Positions 27,795 through 36,219 of a DNA stretch of 64,000 bases are shown piece after piece (the stretch's first letter is position 1; every line of letters starts with the position of its first letter). Position numbers and translations under genes: made by a program. The stretch is from Patescibacteria group bacterium (GTDB lineage Bacteria; Patescibacteriota; Minisyncoccia; UBA6257; 1-14-0-10-40-38): assembly GCA_038064975.1 (NCBI GenBank), contig JBBTRX010000002.1, forward strand, positions 193,278 through 257,277, read 5' to 3'. Under the pieces are notes generated by a model. That model did not search any database. It was given only the letters and a program-made list of their open reading frames with translations, and was not told the DNA's origin.

Positions 27795-28811
27795 ATGAAT
27801 GGAGACAATATGAATACGGGCTCGTTTGGTAATTCGCCGGGAGCAGGTGCCCCTGGCCAGCCGCCACAACCGCCCCAGCAACCACAGCAGAATCAACAAA
27901 ATCAGCAGTTTGCTCCGCCTCCTCCTAAGGAAGTGGATGTTCGCACAATGGGATCGGATACAAAATCTATGGAACGGGGAGATATTTCTCCTATGCCAGA
28001 CAAAATGGCGCCTCCGCAGTTTGGCGCAGAGCCGAGCTTTGCTCCTGAAACGCAGATTGGAGGAGATTTTGGTGGTAAAGAAACAGTAGCGGACCCTGCA
28101 AAAAGCCAAAAGGTTTGGATTTGGACCGCTATTATCGCGGCCGTTGTTGTTCTGGGTGTTGGAGGATACTTCGCGCTCCCGTTCATTACTGGTACGCCTG
28201 ATCCAATAGTTGAAGAGGTTCCAGGAACTCCGATTGTTCCCGTCATTCAACATCAGTCATATCTTGTGCCCGCGCCGCTTTCTCAAAGTACTATCCAGCT
28301 TTCAGCTATCACTCAACTTGCAGCAAGAAATTCTTTAGAACTCGTTGCAGGAAATTCGCAGTCTGCAGGAACGCTCCAAGAAGTGAGCGTGCAGAATTCA
28401 ACCGGAGGGCAAATTCCTTTTGCTCAGTACATGAGTGTTTTCGCTCCCGAGCTTACGGTTACGAACATGGAGCAGTGGTTTGACGAAGACTTTACGACGT
28501 TTATCCATTATGATGCGAACGGTGCATGGCCAGGGTATGTCGCACGCTTAAAGAGTGGGGTGAATATTGATGAGGTTCGCGCGAGCGTAATGGCATTGGA
28601 AGGAACGATGATTGCAAACTTCTACCTCGGCAACCCTGGAACATTCGGCGCATTCAAAGACGGACAGATTAACACCATGCCAACCCGCTACAGCGTAGGG
28701 AGCATACCCGGCGCATCATTTAACTTTGCCATCCTCGGTAATTACTTTGTAATTACGACATCGTATCCAGGATTGCAGGCAGTGACACCTCTTCTAGGGT
28801 TTAGCCAATAG
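27795..28811 (+). CDS. hypothetical membrane protein with Q/P-rich N-terminal region and one TM (start uncertain: 27795 or 27810)
   Basis: ORF track frame. A TATAAT box at 27783-27788 sits just upstream, suggesting a short or leaderless 5' end. Confidence 0.45.
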   Translation: MNGDNMNTGSFGNSPGAGAPGQPPQPPQQPQQNQQNQQFAPPPPKEVDVRTMGSDTKSMERGDISPMPDKMAPPQFGAEPSFAPETQIGGDFGGKETVADPAKSQKVWIWTAIIAAVVVLGVGGYFALPFITGTPDPIVEEVPGTPIVPVIQHQSYLVPAPLSQSTIQLSAITQLAARNSLELVAGNSQSAGTLQEVSVQNSTGGQIPFAQYMSVFAPELTVTNMEQWFDEDFTTFIHYDANGAWPGYVARLKSGVNIDEVRASVMALEGTMIANFYLGNPGTFGAFKDGQINTMPTRYSVGSIPGASFNFAILGNYFVITTSYPGLQAVTPLLGFSQ

Positions 28812-28837
28812 GGTATAGGGGTTAAGGGAACAGAAAT

Positions 28838-28866
28838 AAAAAACCGCTCAAGAGAGCGGTTTTTGA
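28838..28866 (+). terminator. terminator AAAAACCGCTC/GAGCGGTTTTT
   Basis: Seen in sequence. Confidence 0.6.
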
Positions 28867-28899
28867 TATATTTTTTTTAAATTTGCTATACTATCAGCC

Positions 28900-29634
28900 A
28901 TGTATGCATTTATAGATGAATCCGGAGATCATAACCTCGATATAATTACTGTAGATAATTCCTACAACGTTTTTGTTTTAGGTACTATTTTGATCAAAAA
29001 GGAAGATTATGACGTTCTAGATCGTGAGTTCAAAAGATTCAAAAAGGATTTTTTTGGCGGTGAGGATTTTATATTACATACCGCGGAACTCACACACCCA
29101 AATCATAAGAAGTCTGATAAGAGAAACAGGATTATGTATAATCCAAAAAAAAGAGCCGAATTTTACACAAAAATAAACTTACTTTTGGAGAATGCACCGT
29201 TTAGCGTATGTTTTGTTGTTATACGAAAATTACATTTCATAACCCAATATGTAACTCCTTTAGATCCTTATGATCTTTCTTTCGAAAATGCCCTTAATAG
29301 AATTTTATATTACTCAAAAAGCAATAATATAAATATATATGCAGAAAAACGGATAAAACATTTAGACATACGACTAGAGCTAGACTTTCAAAAATATCGG
29401 GAGACAGGGATCGAATTTCATAGTGCAGAGGAGATAAAACAAAGGATTAATAATTTTGAGTTAAAGGATAAAAAAGAAAACATAACCGGGCTACAAATTA
29501 TTGATTTATTTGCAAGTCCAGTTGGTAGGCATTTTTTGGGGAAACCGCCGCGCCCATTAGGAAATGAAGTTCCTTATATATTGGCCATGAAAAAACTAGC
29601 TGGCCCAATAGCTTTAACTACAATTCCATCATAA
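28900..29634 (+). CDS. DUF3800 family protein
   Basis: The N-terminus is MYAFIDESGDH (the DUF3800 'IDESG' start motif). The gene is AT-rich and is the first gene of the AT-rich island. Confidence 0.55.
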   Translation: MYAFIDESGDHNLDIITVDNSYNVFVLGTILIKKEDYDVLDREFKRFKKDFFGGEDFILHTAELTHPNHKKSDKRNRIMYNPKKRAEFYTKINLLLENAPFSVCFVVIRKLHFITQYVTPLDPYDLSFENALNRILYYSKSNNINIYAEKRIKHLDIRLELDFQKYRETGIEFHSAEEIKQRINNFELKDKKENITGLQIIDLFASPVGRHFLGKPPRPLGNEVPYILAMKKLAGPIALTTIPS

Positions 29635-30002
29635 AGTGAAGGAGCGCCCCGCGATTGCAGTGCGCTCCTTACTTACGTAAGCGTAACATGGCGGATTTTA
29701 GTTATCCACACCTAAAAGATAATCTGAGGGAACTCGTTTCTTGCCGAGATGATAACGCTTAGTTTCATTTCTGTCCTTCACCCATGATGAGGGTAATTAT
29801 CACTAGACAAACAAGAAATATGCCCCATATAACAATCCGTTGTAAAACCTCGTAATGTTCCATAGTTATAGCTTACAGCGTGCCACCATTGGCGTTATTT
29901 TGCCCTCTGCGGGCATTTCATTTGTATCAATTCCAAGCCATAGGAGCCACCCGAAAATACCTAGATCTCCCAAAATAATAAACTTTTTCAGTATTGTTTT
30001 CA

Positions 30003-30263
30003 TTATAAGGTTTCACATGCTATTCCATCATTATCCCTATCTAATCCATGATAGTCATCGTCTGGCCCTCCCTCAATTTCAAAAAATTCTTGAGCTTCTT
30101 TTTGTGTATTAAAATCTGGACAATCGTAATCTCCATACTCTTCGCGTGAGCGTTCCACTTCTGGGTCGTCATTATTTATAAGTCTTGGAGTTGAGGTGCT
30201 ATTACTTGAAGTGAAAAACCAAATTGCTCCAATAACTGCTCCTATGCCCAGGAGATATTTCAT
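30003..30263 (-). CDS. secreted Excalibur calcium-binding domain protein
   Basis: Signal peptide. The C-terminus [38 protein letters not shown] matches the Excalibur consensus. Confidence 0.7.
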   Translation of the reverse strand: MKYLLGIGAVIGAIWFFTSSNSTSTPRLINNDDPEVERSREEYGDYDCPDFNTQKEAQEFFEIEGGPDDDYHGLDRDNDGIACETL

Positions 30264-30391
30264 ATTTTTATTTATGAACCAAATTTTTGAACACAGATTT
30301 CGTCTCTTTTTTCTCTCGCTGCATCTAGCTCATCCCTTCGAGACTTCGGTAAACCGCAGTTGCACGTTGTCTGAAATTCATTAACCTTAAC

Positions 30392-30817
30392 TCATGCTTC
30401 TTTTAGTACTTCATCAAAAGTTTTACCAGACGGGTCGGGTTTGTTAGCGGGAAATACCTTAGCATAACTAATTAAGACTTCAGCATAATTTTTTGTACCT
30501 CCAAATACCTCCGAGCACGTTTTAGGTGCTTCGCCAACATTTGGATCGCCACATAAAGCTAGGTGAGAAGTAGTTCGTTCGTACTCGCTTTCTTCTAAGC
30601 ATGTTGCAAAATTTATTTTTCTTTCTTCTTCCATTTCCAATTCAGTCGCTATTCTTGCCTCTTCCGCCGCAATTTTTGCTTCTTCTATTTCTTGAGCTTT
30701 TTGTGGCTGAATCACAAAAGCATTATATAAAATCCAAACAATAAAAACCCCAATTGCTAAAATTCCTACTTTAAACCAATGTTCTTTAAGCCAATCCATA
30801 TTAATATCCCATATCAA
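30392..30817 (-). CDS. hypothetical single-TM protein with coiled-coil and Cys-containing C-terminus
   Basis: ORF track. It lies in the AT-rich island. Confidence 0.4.
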   Translation of the reverse strand: MIWDINMDWLKEHWFKVGILAIGVFIVWILYNAFVIQPQKAQEIEEAKIAAEEARIATELEMEEERKINFATCLEESEYERTTSHLALCGDPNVGEAPKTCSEVFGGTKNYAEVLISYAKVFPANKPDPSGKTFDEVLKEA

Positions 30818-31205
30818 TCAATTTAAGTATTACTGGCTGAGCAAAGCCCCAAATAAATCCAATAATGATAGCCGTTATCGCGAATCCTCTTCCTTTCTGA
30901 TGAGTATATTTTATTTGAGTTAGAGCAACAATTCCTAAAATAAAACCAATAATACCTGCTAAACCGATGCCGAACATTGAAACAAGCGATATCGCGAATC
31001 CGACGATCGCCGACTTATTAAGGCTATTTTTTAGATTATTTTCGGCAGATGAGCTAATCTTCTCAACATCAATAATGCCCTTGTCCGCAATCCTTGTTTC
31101 ATACTCTTCGGCTTCTTTGGTAGATGTCGGCATATTTCTGCAATATCCACATACATGATCCCACCATGCGCCTTCTCTCTTTTTGCATTTAATACATATT
31201 CTCAT
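30801..31205 (-). CDS. zinc-ribbon plus DUF4190-like membrane protein
   Basis: The N-terminus has CIKC...CGYC. The Gly-rich TM pair GFAISLVSMFGIGLAGIIGFILGIVAL follows. Confidence 0.45.
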   Translation of the reverse strand: MRICIKCKKREGAWWDHVCGYCRNMPTSTKEAEEYETRIADKGIIDVEKISSSAENNLKNSLNKSAIVGFAISLVSMFGIGLAGIIGFILGIVALTQIKYTHQKGRGFAITAIIIGFIWGFAQPVILKLIDMGY

Positions 31206-31240
31206 AGATATTGACTATTATTTACAGATTTTTCTAATCT

Positions 31241-31615
31241 TCATTTTTTAAAACACTCATCTCGTTCATTTTTCCATAATTTAAGATTTTGCTGTTTTTC
31301 AACGCTTGTATCTCCCATAATATTGTAAGAAGTAATTGAGACGGGCATATTCTCCCACTGCCCAGGATTTGAGATTCTGCTAATCCTCTCAAAAACAGAG
31401 AGGTATTTCCAATCAGCAGAAGACAAACAATCATTTAATATCTTTTCTAAATTCTCTTTTTCTAATTGCTCTTGCGCTATTTTTACTTGCTGTTGCCTTT
31501 CAATAGAGTTTTGTTTACTTATTTGAGTTGCATAATAAAAGCCCCCCAAAATAATGCTTGCTATCAAAATCGTGGTCGGTAGTGTTAGTTTGTTTATTTT
31601 GTCCATAAAGCTCAT
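31241..31615 (-). CDS. hypothetical membrane-anchored protein (124 aa)
   Basis: ORF track. AT-rich. Confidence 0.4.
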   Translation of the reverse strand: MSFMDKINKLTLPTTILIASIILGGFYYATQISKQNSIERQQQVKIAQEQLEKENLEKILNDCLSSADWKYLSVFERISRISNPGQWENMPVSITSYNIMGDTSVEKQQNLKLWKNERDECFKK

Positions 31616-31728
31616 TAATTTAATATAAAAGCCCTATTTTATTATTCGGAATGGAATTAAACATTTATATATTTATATGCCTATAAAATACAAGAGTCAA
31701 ACTAAACCTCGTCCCTTATTCCCATTCT

Positions 31729-33267
31729 TCACGCCTCCTCCCTTAATCTATAACTAAACGCTTCTTTGAGATGATTTGCAGAAACGGTTGGGGATTCGTC
31801 TAAATCCGCGATGGTTTGTGCGACGCGGAGAATGCGGTAGTATCCTCTCGCGGAGAGCATCGCTTTATCAAAAACAGTTTTAGTAAATTGTTCCGCATTA
31901 GCATCGCAGGTGATAAGCTCGTCACATTCCTTTGACGAGAGATCAGAATTTCTAAACTTATGTTTCAGTGCAGCAGTGCGTGCTTTTTGAATTTCATGCG
32001 CTTTTCGGATTGACGCCTTAATTGCTGATTCATCGGTGAGTGCTTGCTCTGTATCTTTACCTTGGAGAGTTTCTAGTGACACGCGAGGAACAGTAATTTG
32101 AATATCAATTCTGTCCAAAAGCGGACCGGAAACTTTTTTGTTATAGCGGATTACATCATATGGGGCACACGTGCATGCCTTTGCTTCGTCTCCGTAATAT
32201 CCACAAGGGCACGGATTCATTGCTGCGACGAGCATGAAGCGGGCAGGGAATATAAGATTATTTTTTACCCGAGAGACGATTGCTCTACCGGATTCCAATG
32301 GTTGGCGGAGACTCTCTAAAATATCCCGTCTGAACTCCGGAAGTTCATCTAAGAAAAGCACGCCACGGTGGGCGAGACTGATTTCTCCTGGGCGGGGATT
32401 TTGCCCGCCACCTACCATCGCGGCAGGGGATGCCGATTGGTGCGGAGCACGGAACGGCCGATTTTTTATAATGCCTCTATCGCCCAATAAATTCGCCGCA
32501 CTGTAAACTTTCGTAATCTCAATCATTTCTTCGGGAGCAGGCTCGGGAAGAATAGAGGCGAGTGCTTGCGCGAGCATGGTCTTTCCCGTGCCCGGAGGGC
32601 CAACCATAAGCATGTTGTGCCCGCCTGCGGCGGCGATCATAAGTGCGCGCTTTGCGGATGCTTGTCCTTTAATTTCTGAAAGTTTTACAAAAAGCGTTTC
32701 GTTTTCCGGTTCAAGATTCGTAGGCTCTTGGGGAGCGATTACAGAACGTTTCTCTAGGTGATGAATGAGCTCCGCGAGACTCGTAATGGGAATAATGGTC
32801 GCGCCGCGTACAGCCCCTGCTTCCTTTGCGTTCGCTTTCGGAATGAATAATGTCTTCCCTGTTTTTTCCGCGAGAGACGCAATAGAGAGCGCTCCTGCGA
32901 TAGGACGGAGCTTACCCTCAAGTGAAAGTTCTCCGGAGAAAATCATCGTCTCGGAGTCGCATGGCTTGAGTTGCGCTGTTGCTAAGAGATAGGCGACTGC
33001 GATTGCGAGATCGTATTGCGACCCCGTTTTCTTAATATCCGCAGGAGCGAGGTTTACTACGATTTTTCTATTCTCGCGATTCGGCGGCTTCACCCCGGTA
33101 TTTTTAAGAGCCGAGTTTACCCGTTCCTTTGCTTCGGTGAGCGCCTTATCCGCAAGTCCTACGATAGAAAAAGAATGGAGACCAACGTTAATGTCGGTCT
33201 CCACTTCAATGAGTTTCGCTTCAATGCCATCCAGTTCTGCCGAGAATGTCCGGGAAATATTTGCCAT
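31729..33267 (-). CDS. comM: YifB/ComM family Mg-chelatase-like AAA+ ATPase
   Basis: N-terminal Lon-like region, AAA+ Walker motifs and C-terminal ChlI-like domain. 512 aa. Confidence 0.85.
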   Translation of the reverse strand: MANISRTFSAELDGIEAKLIEVETDINVGLHSFSIVGLADKALTEAKERVNSALKNTGVKPPNRENRKIVVNLAPADIKKTGSQYDLAIAVAYLLATAQLKPCDSETMIFSGELSLEGKLRPIAGALSIASLAEKTGKTLFIPKANAKEAGAVRGATIIPITSLAELIHHLEKRSVIAPQEPTNLEPENETLFVKLSEIKGQASAKRALMIAAAGGHNMLMVGPPGTGKTMLAQALASILPEPAPEEMIEITKVYSAANLLGDRGIIKNRPFRAPHQSASPAAMVGGGQNPRPGEISLAHRGVLFLDELPEFRRDILESLRQPLESGRAIVSRVKNNLIFPARFMLVAAMNPCPCGYYGDEAKACTCAPYDVIRYNKKVSGPLLDRIDIQITVPRVSLETLQGKDTEQALTDESAIKASIRKAHEIQKARTAALKHKFRNSDLSSKECDELITCDANAEQFTKTVFDKAMLSARGYYRILRVAQTIADLDESPTVSANHLKEAFSYRLREEA

Positions 33268-33279
33268 AGCGGAAGAATA

Positions 33280-33633
33280 TTACTTTCCTTGTTTGCACGC
33301 CTTACAGAGGCGAGACTCGGGATCAATTGTGAGTAATTCGTAATCAATCGCTTTTCCGCATTCTTCGCACATGCCGTATTTCCCCTCACTCATTTTGCGG
33401 AGTGCGTGCGCAATATCTTCGCGCCGAGTGCCCATAGCGTTCCCGATACCGGCATTCGTGCTGAATCCTTCCGCCTCGTTCGTTTCTTCTTCAAACGAAT
33501 CAACGTCCGAGCCGAAATCCGGAGTCTCTTCCAGCGAGGTAATCTCTTTTCCAAGTTCTTTTTCTTTCTCTTCTAGTTTTTTGCGAAGCTCCGCTAATTG
33601 GTCGTGGGTAAGCATAGGATTGATAGTATTCAT
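33280..33633 (-). CDS. DksA/TraR family C4 zinc-finger protein
   Basis: The C-terminus is CEECGKAIDYELLTIDPESRLCKACK, with an acidic coiled-coil N-terminus. Confidence 0.7.
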   Translation of the reverse strand: MNTINPMLTHDQLAELRKKLEEKEKELGKEITSLEETPDFGSDVDSFEEETNEAEGFSTNAGIGNAMGTRREDIAHALRKMSEGKYGMCEECGKAIDYELLTIDPESRLCKACKQGK

Positions 33634-33707
33634 ATATTGTAAGCCGTAAGGCGCACCCCATGCAACTTGCCAAGTTTTAGGAGCTACGCTATACTTTTCC
33701 CCACATT

Positions 33708-33944
33708 ATGCCAAATACAGCATCAGCCAAAAAAGCATTGAGACAGGGTGATCGCAGGCGGGAAAAGAACCTCGCCGGCATGAAAGACCTGAAAACGGTC
33801 ATAAAGACCTTTAGAAAAGCCCCTTCAGCGGGTGCGCTTTCTATAGTTTATAAAAAGCTTGATAAAGCTGCCAAGGTAAACTTGATCAAGAAGAATGCCG
33901 CAGGACGAATGAAGTCTCGCCTTTCAAAATTGCTCAAAGTGTAG
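33708..33944 (+). CDS. rpsT: 30S ribosomal protein S20
   Basis: Typical basic S20 sequence MPNTASAKKALRQ... Confidence 0.85.
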   Translation: MPNTASAKKALRQGDRRREKNLAGMKDLKTVIKTFRKAPSAGALSIVYKKLDKAAKVNLIKKNAAGRMKSRLSKLLKV

Positions 33945-33995
33945 AATCTAGTATCTAGAAAATAGAATCTAGAAGTTGGTAGTTTGAAAGAAAAT

Positions 33996-34026
33996 ATAAA
34001 AAAGCCCTGAAATAGGGGCTTTTTGG
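33996..34026 (+). terminator. terminator AAAAGCCC-TGAAATAG-GGGCTTTT (part of conserved terminator-promoter cassette)
   Basis: Seen in sequence, 3' of rpsT. Confidence 0.55.
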
Positions 34027-34032
34027 TGTATA

Positions 34033-34062
34033 TTGACAAATAGCATAAAAGTATGCTATATT
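34033..34062 (+). promoter_or_regulatory. sigma70-like promoter TTGACA-18-TATATT
   Basis: Seen in sequence. The ORF-track start at 34033 is the TTG of the -35 box. Confidence 0.5.
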
Positions 34063-34113
34063 CTAATCAGGTCCTTCCCACGAAAACTATTCCTTACACA
34101 GGAGACCGTTAAG

Positions 34114-34620
34114 ATGAACAAGTCAGGATTGTGGTTCCCCATCGCTCTCATGATATGTCTTGGTGTGTTCGCTCTCGTTAACTTTGACGTTATTCGAGCT
34201 AGGGAGGCGAGAGGCGCTCAGTCGATACCGAGCGCAACGATCACTGAGCCCACTCTCTCCACTTTCGGCTTCTCAAGGGGAGAAGAGCCGGACTCTTCTG
34301 TCTTCTCTTTCTATGGAAGCAAAAACGCTACCGTGACGGATGGCAAAGGAGACGGGCGGAAGATCATCTCTCTTGCTCCCGGCGAACGGTACACTACCGA
34401 AAGTGGTGGAACCTACTCCAACGTGTCTGGACTCGGATCGTTTGCGGTTCGCGATCGCAAGACAGGAACCATCCTACTCTCAAAAGAATCCTTGAAGTCT
34501 TTCTCGGTTTCATTTGGAAGTCAGGGTTCCTCCAAGATTACTTGGACGGATATGGACGGGAAAGAACACGCACAAGAGTTCACCGACGTCACTCTTGATG
34601 TCGCTACTCCGCAGGAGTAG
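34114..34620 (+). CDS. hypothetical secreted protein (signal peptide MNKSGLWFPIALMICLGVFALVNF)
   Basis: ATG at 34114 preceded by GGAGAC. The start was trimmed from the ORF-track 34033. Confidence 0.5.
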   Translation: MNKSGLWFPIALMICLGVFALVNFDVIRAREARGAQSIPSATITEPTLSTFGFSRGEEPDSSVFSFYGSKNATVTDGKGDGRKIISLAPGERYTTESGGTYSNVSGLGSFAVRDRKTGTILLSKESLKSFSVSFGSQGSSKITWTDMDGKEHAQEFTDVTLDVATPQE

Positions 34621-34628
34621 CGCCCAAC

Positions 34629-34666
34629 AGAGCCCCCACTCCATCTGGAGTGCCGGGGCTCTTTTC
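34629..34666 (+). terminator. compound hairpin terminator AGAGCCCC-CACTCCA-TC-TGGAGTG-CC-GGGGCTCT plus TTTC
   Basis: Seen in sequence. Confidence 0.5.
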
Positions 34667-34711
34667 TATCTTCTCTATACCCTAGTGGCTAATGGCTAGA
34701 CCCCTAATTCT

Positions 34712-35455
34712 CTAATCCCTAAGTATGAGATCTAAAAGTGCTTCTTCGTATTCAAGCTTCCCCGATTTAATGGCCACGTCATAGTTGGCCATTCTGATTT
34801 TTTGGATTGGCGTTGCAAGAGATGTAGAAACATTAAAAATCGCGACAGGGTCATTATTTTGGAGTAACCATTCTAGAGAAGAAAGGCGCGACCCCAGTGT
34901 TCCGCGCATGAAGCCCTGAATGAGTGGAAAGAAATCCTTCCCTGCTTCACCGTTTGGAGTTGCGCCTCCGAGCGAGAGTTTTTCTAGCTCATGCACGATA
35001 CCCCAGGTATCTGATCCGCATAAGAGAGCGAGGGATGCAACCTGCGCGTCAGAAACTTCCACGTTTTGTTTTTTCGCTTCTTTACGTATGAACGAGGAGA
35101 GTTCAGTGCCTTTTAGTTCCGGAAACTCTTGAGATTGAACAGGGTCTTTGAGAAGAAAAGCGAATTCTTTAGATAATTTTTTTTCTGCAATAATAAGAAG
35201 CGTTTTTGATTCGTTTGCAACTAAGGTCTTAATGAGCTTCGCGTTTTCCGGCTCTACTTCGGAGACAATCGCAAAACCTTTTGGAGAAAAAAGTGATTGG
35301 GACTCCAAAAAGGAAAGCAGTCGCGCGTAATCATTTTTTTCGCTCAGCACGAAGCGTTCTGGGGCATGGCCGTATTTTTTTTCATACGTCGCGACAATCT
35401 GGCGCTCTTTTTGCGAGCGTTGGTACGCATCGGGACCGTAGAGATGGATCAGCAT
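34712..35455 (-). CDS. holA: DNA polymerase III subunit delta
   Basis: An internal Met gives MLIHLYGPDAYQRSQK..., typical of HolA. The upstream extension of the ORF runs into the structured repeat element and is rejected. Confidence 0.65.
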   Translation of the reverse strand: MLIHLYGPDAYQRSQKERQIVATYEKKYGHAPERFVLSEKNDYARLLSFLESQSLFSPKGFAIVSEVEPENAKLIKTLVANESKTLLIIAEKKLSKEFAFLLKDPVQSQEFPELKGTELSSFIRKEAKKQNVEVSDAQVASLALLCGSDTWGIVHELEKLSLGGATPNGEAGKDFFPLIQGFMRGTLGSRLSSLEWLLQNNDPVAIFNVSTSLATPIQKIRMANYDVAIKSGKLEYEEALLDLILRD

Positions 35456-35464
35456 AGCGTTAGT

Positions 35465-35735
35465 GCCCTGTGTACAAAATAGCTTATCATGGAAAGAGAA
35501 TGTTTGAGAAATATTCGAGGAATGACGACGAATCTGTGCGTGGAACGCACTGCGAGGAGGAATGACGAAAAAGATTGCCAAACATTCTCTTTCCCTTTGG
35601 GCAGATGCTCTTTTTCGTCATCTGCAGCGTTATTCGTCGCTTACGTACCCTTTCAGGTACGCTTCGCTCCTCACGTCTTGCATATGACGAAAAATAAAAT
35701 CTGCCATGGCAAGCTATTTTGTACACAGGACACTT
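35465..35735. repeat. nested inverted-repeat element: outer ~30-bp IR (GTGCCCTGTGTACAAAATAGCTTATCATGG / CCATGGCAAGCTATTTTGTACACAGGACAC), with inner IRs GGAAAGAGAATGTTTG/CAAACATTCTCTTTCC and AATGACGAAAAAG/CTTTTTCGTCATC
   Basis: Inverted repeats were identified by eye. There are three copies of ATGACGA(A/C)GAA. No credible ORF is present. Confidence 0.55.
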
Positions 35736-36219
35736 GTATAGCAGAAATGAAGAGCGCACCCAGTTTTCCACACTTGCGCATCGTGAAATAATTGTTACTA
35801 TACAAAAAGCCCTTTCGTTTTTTTCCTCTCTGCTAACTCGGAGGACGAAGTGCCTAACGAAACTACAACGAGACCGTACGGAATTGAGAATGATCTCAAA
35901 ACAGGAAGAAAAGCTGTTTTCACCACGACACCAACTCTTGGAGAGATTCATTCCGCAGCGTTTGATGAGTTTCGGGATATTCCCTTGCACTGTCTTGAGG
36001 TGACGAGCAGACCCAATAGTCACCTCGTCATCTTGCAGGTTCGCTCCACTCCGGCAAGCGGCGGATAATCAGAAGAGATGGGAGAAATCCCGTATACCAA
36101 AAGCGTCCGGCAATGCCGGACGCTTTCCTTATACTAATGCACAAACTAACTGCTTCGCATCTCGAGGAGCGAGGAGCGACGAAGATATCGTAACTTAGTA
36201 AAGTGCGATAAGCCTTGTT

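Noticed and set aside
29703-29711. Consensus DnaA box TTATCCACA (and near-match at 54640) as evidence of oriC
   Set aside because: It is a single isolated box inside the AT-rich island. There is no cluster and no dnaA nearby, so it is insufficient for an origin call.
35487-36023. 178-aa minus-strand ORF and several 60-100 aa ORFs in the hppA-holA spacer
   Set aside because: They have a Cys/Arg/Ser-rich composition and overlap nested inverted repeats. There is no homology signal. They were treated as non-coding, except that a possible 72-aa GTG-start ORF was noted.
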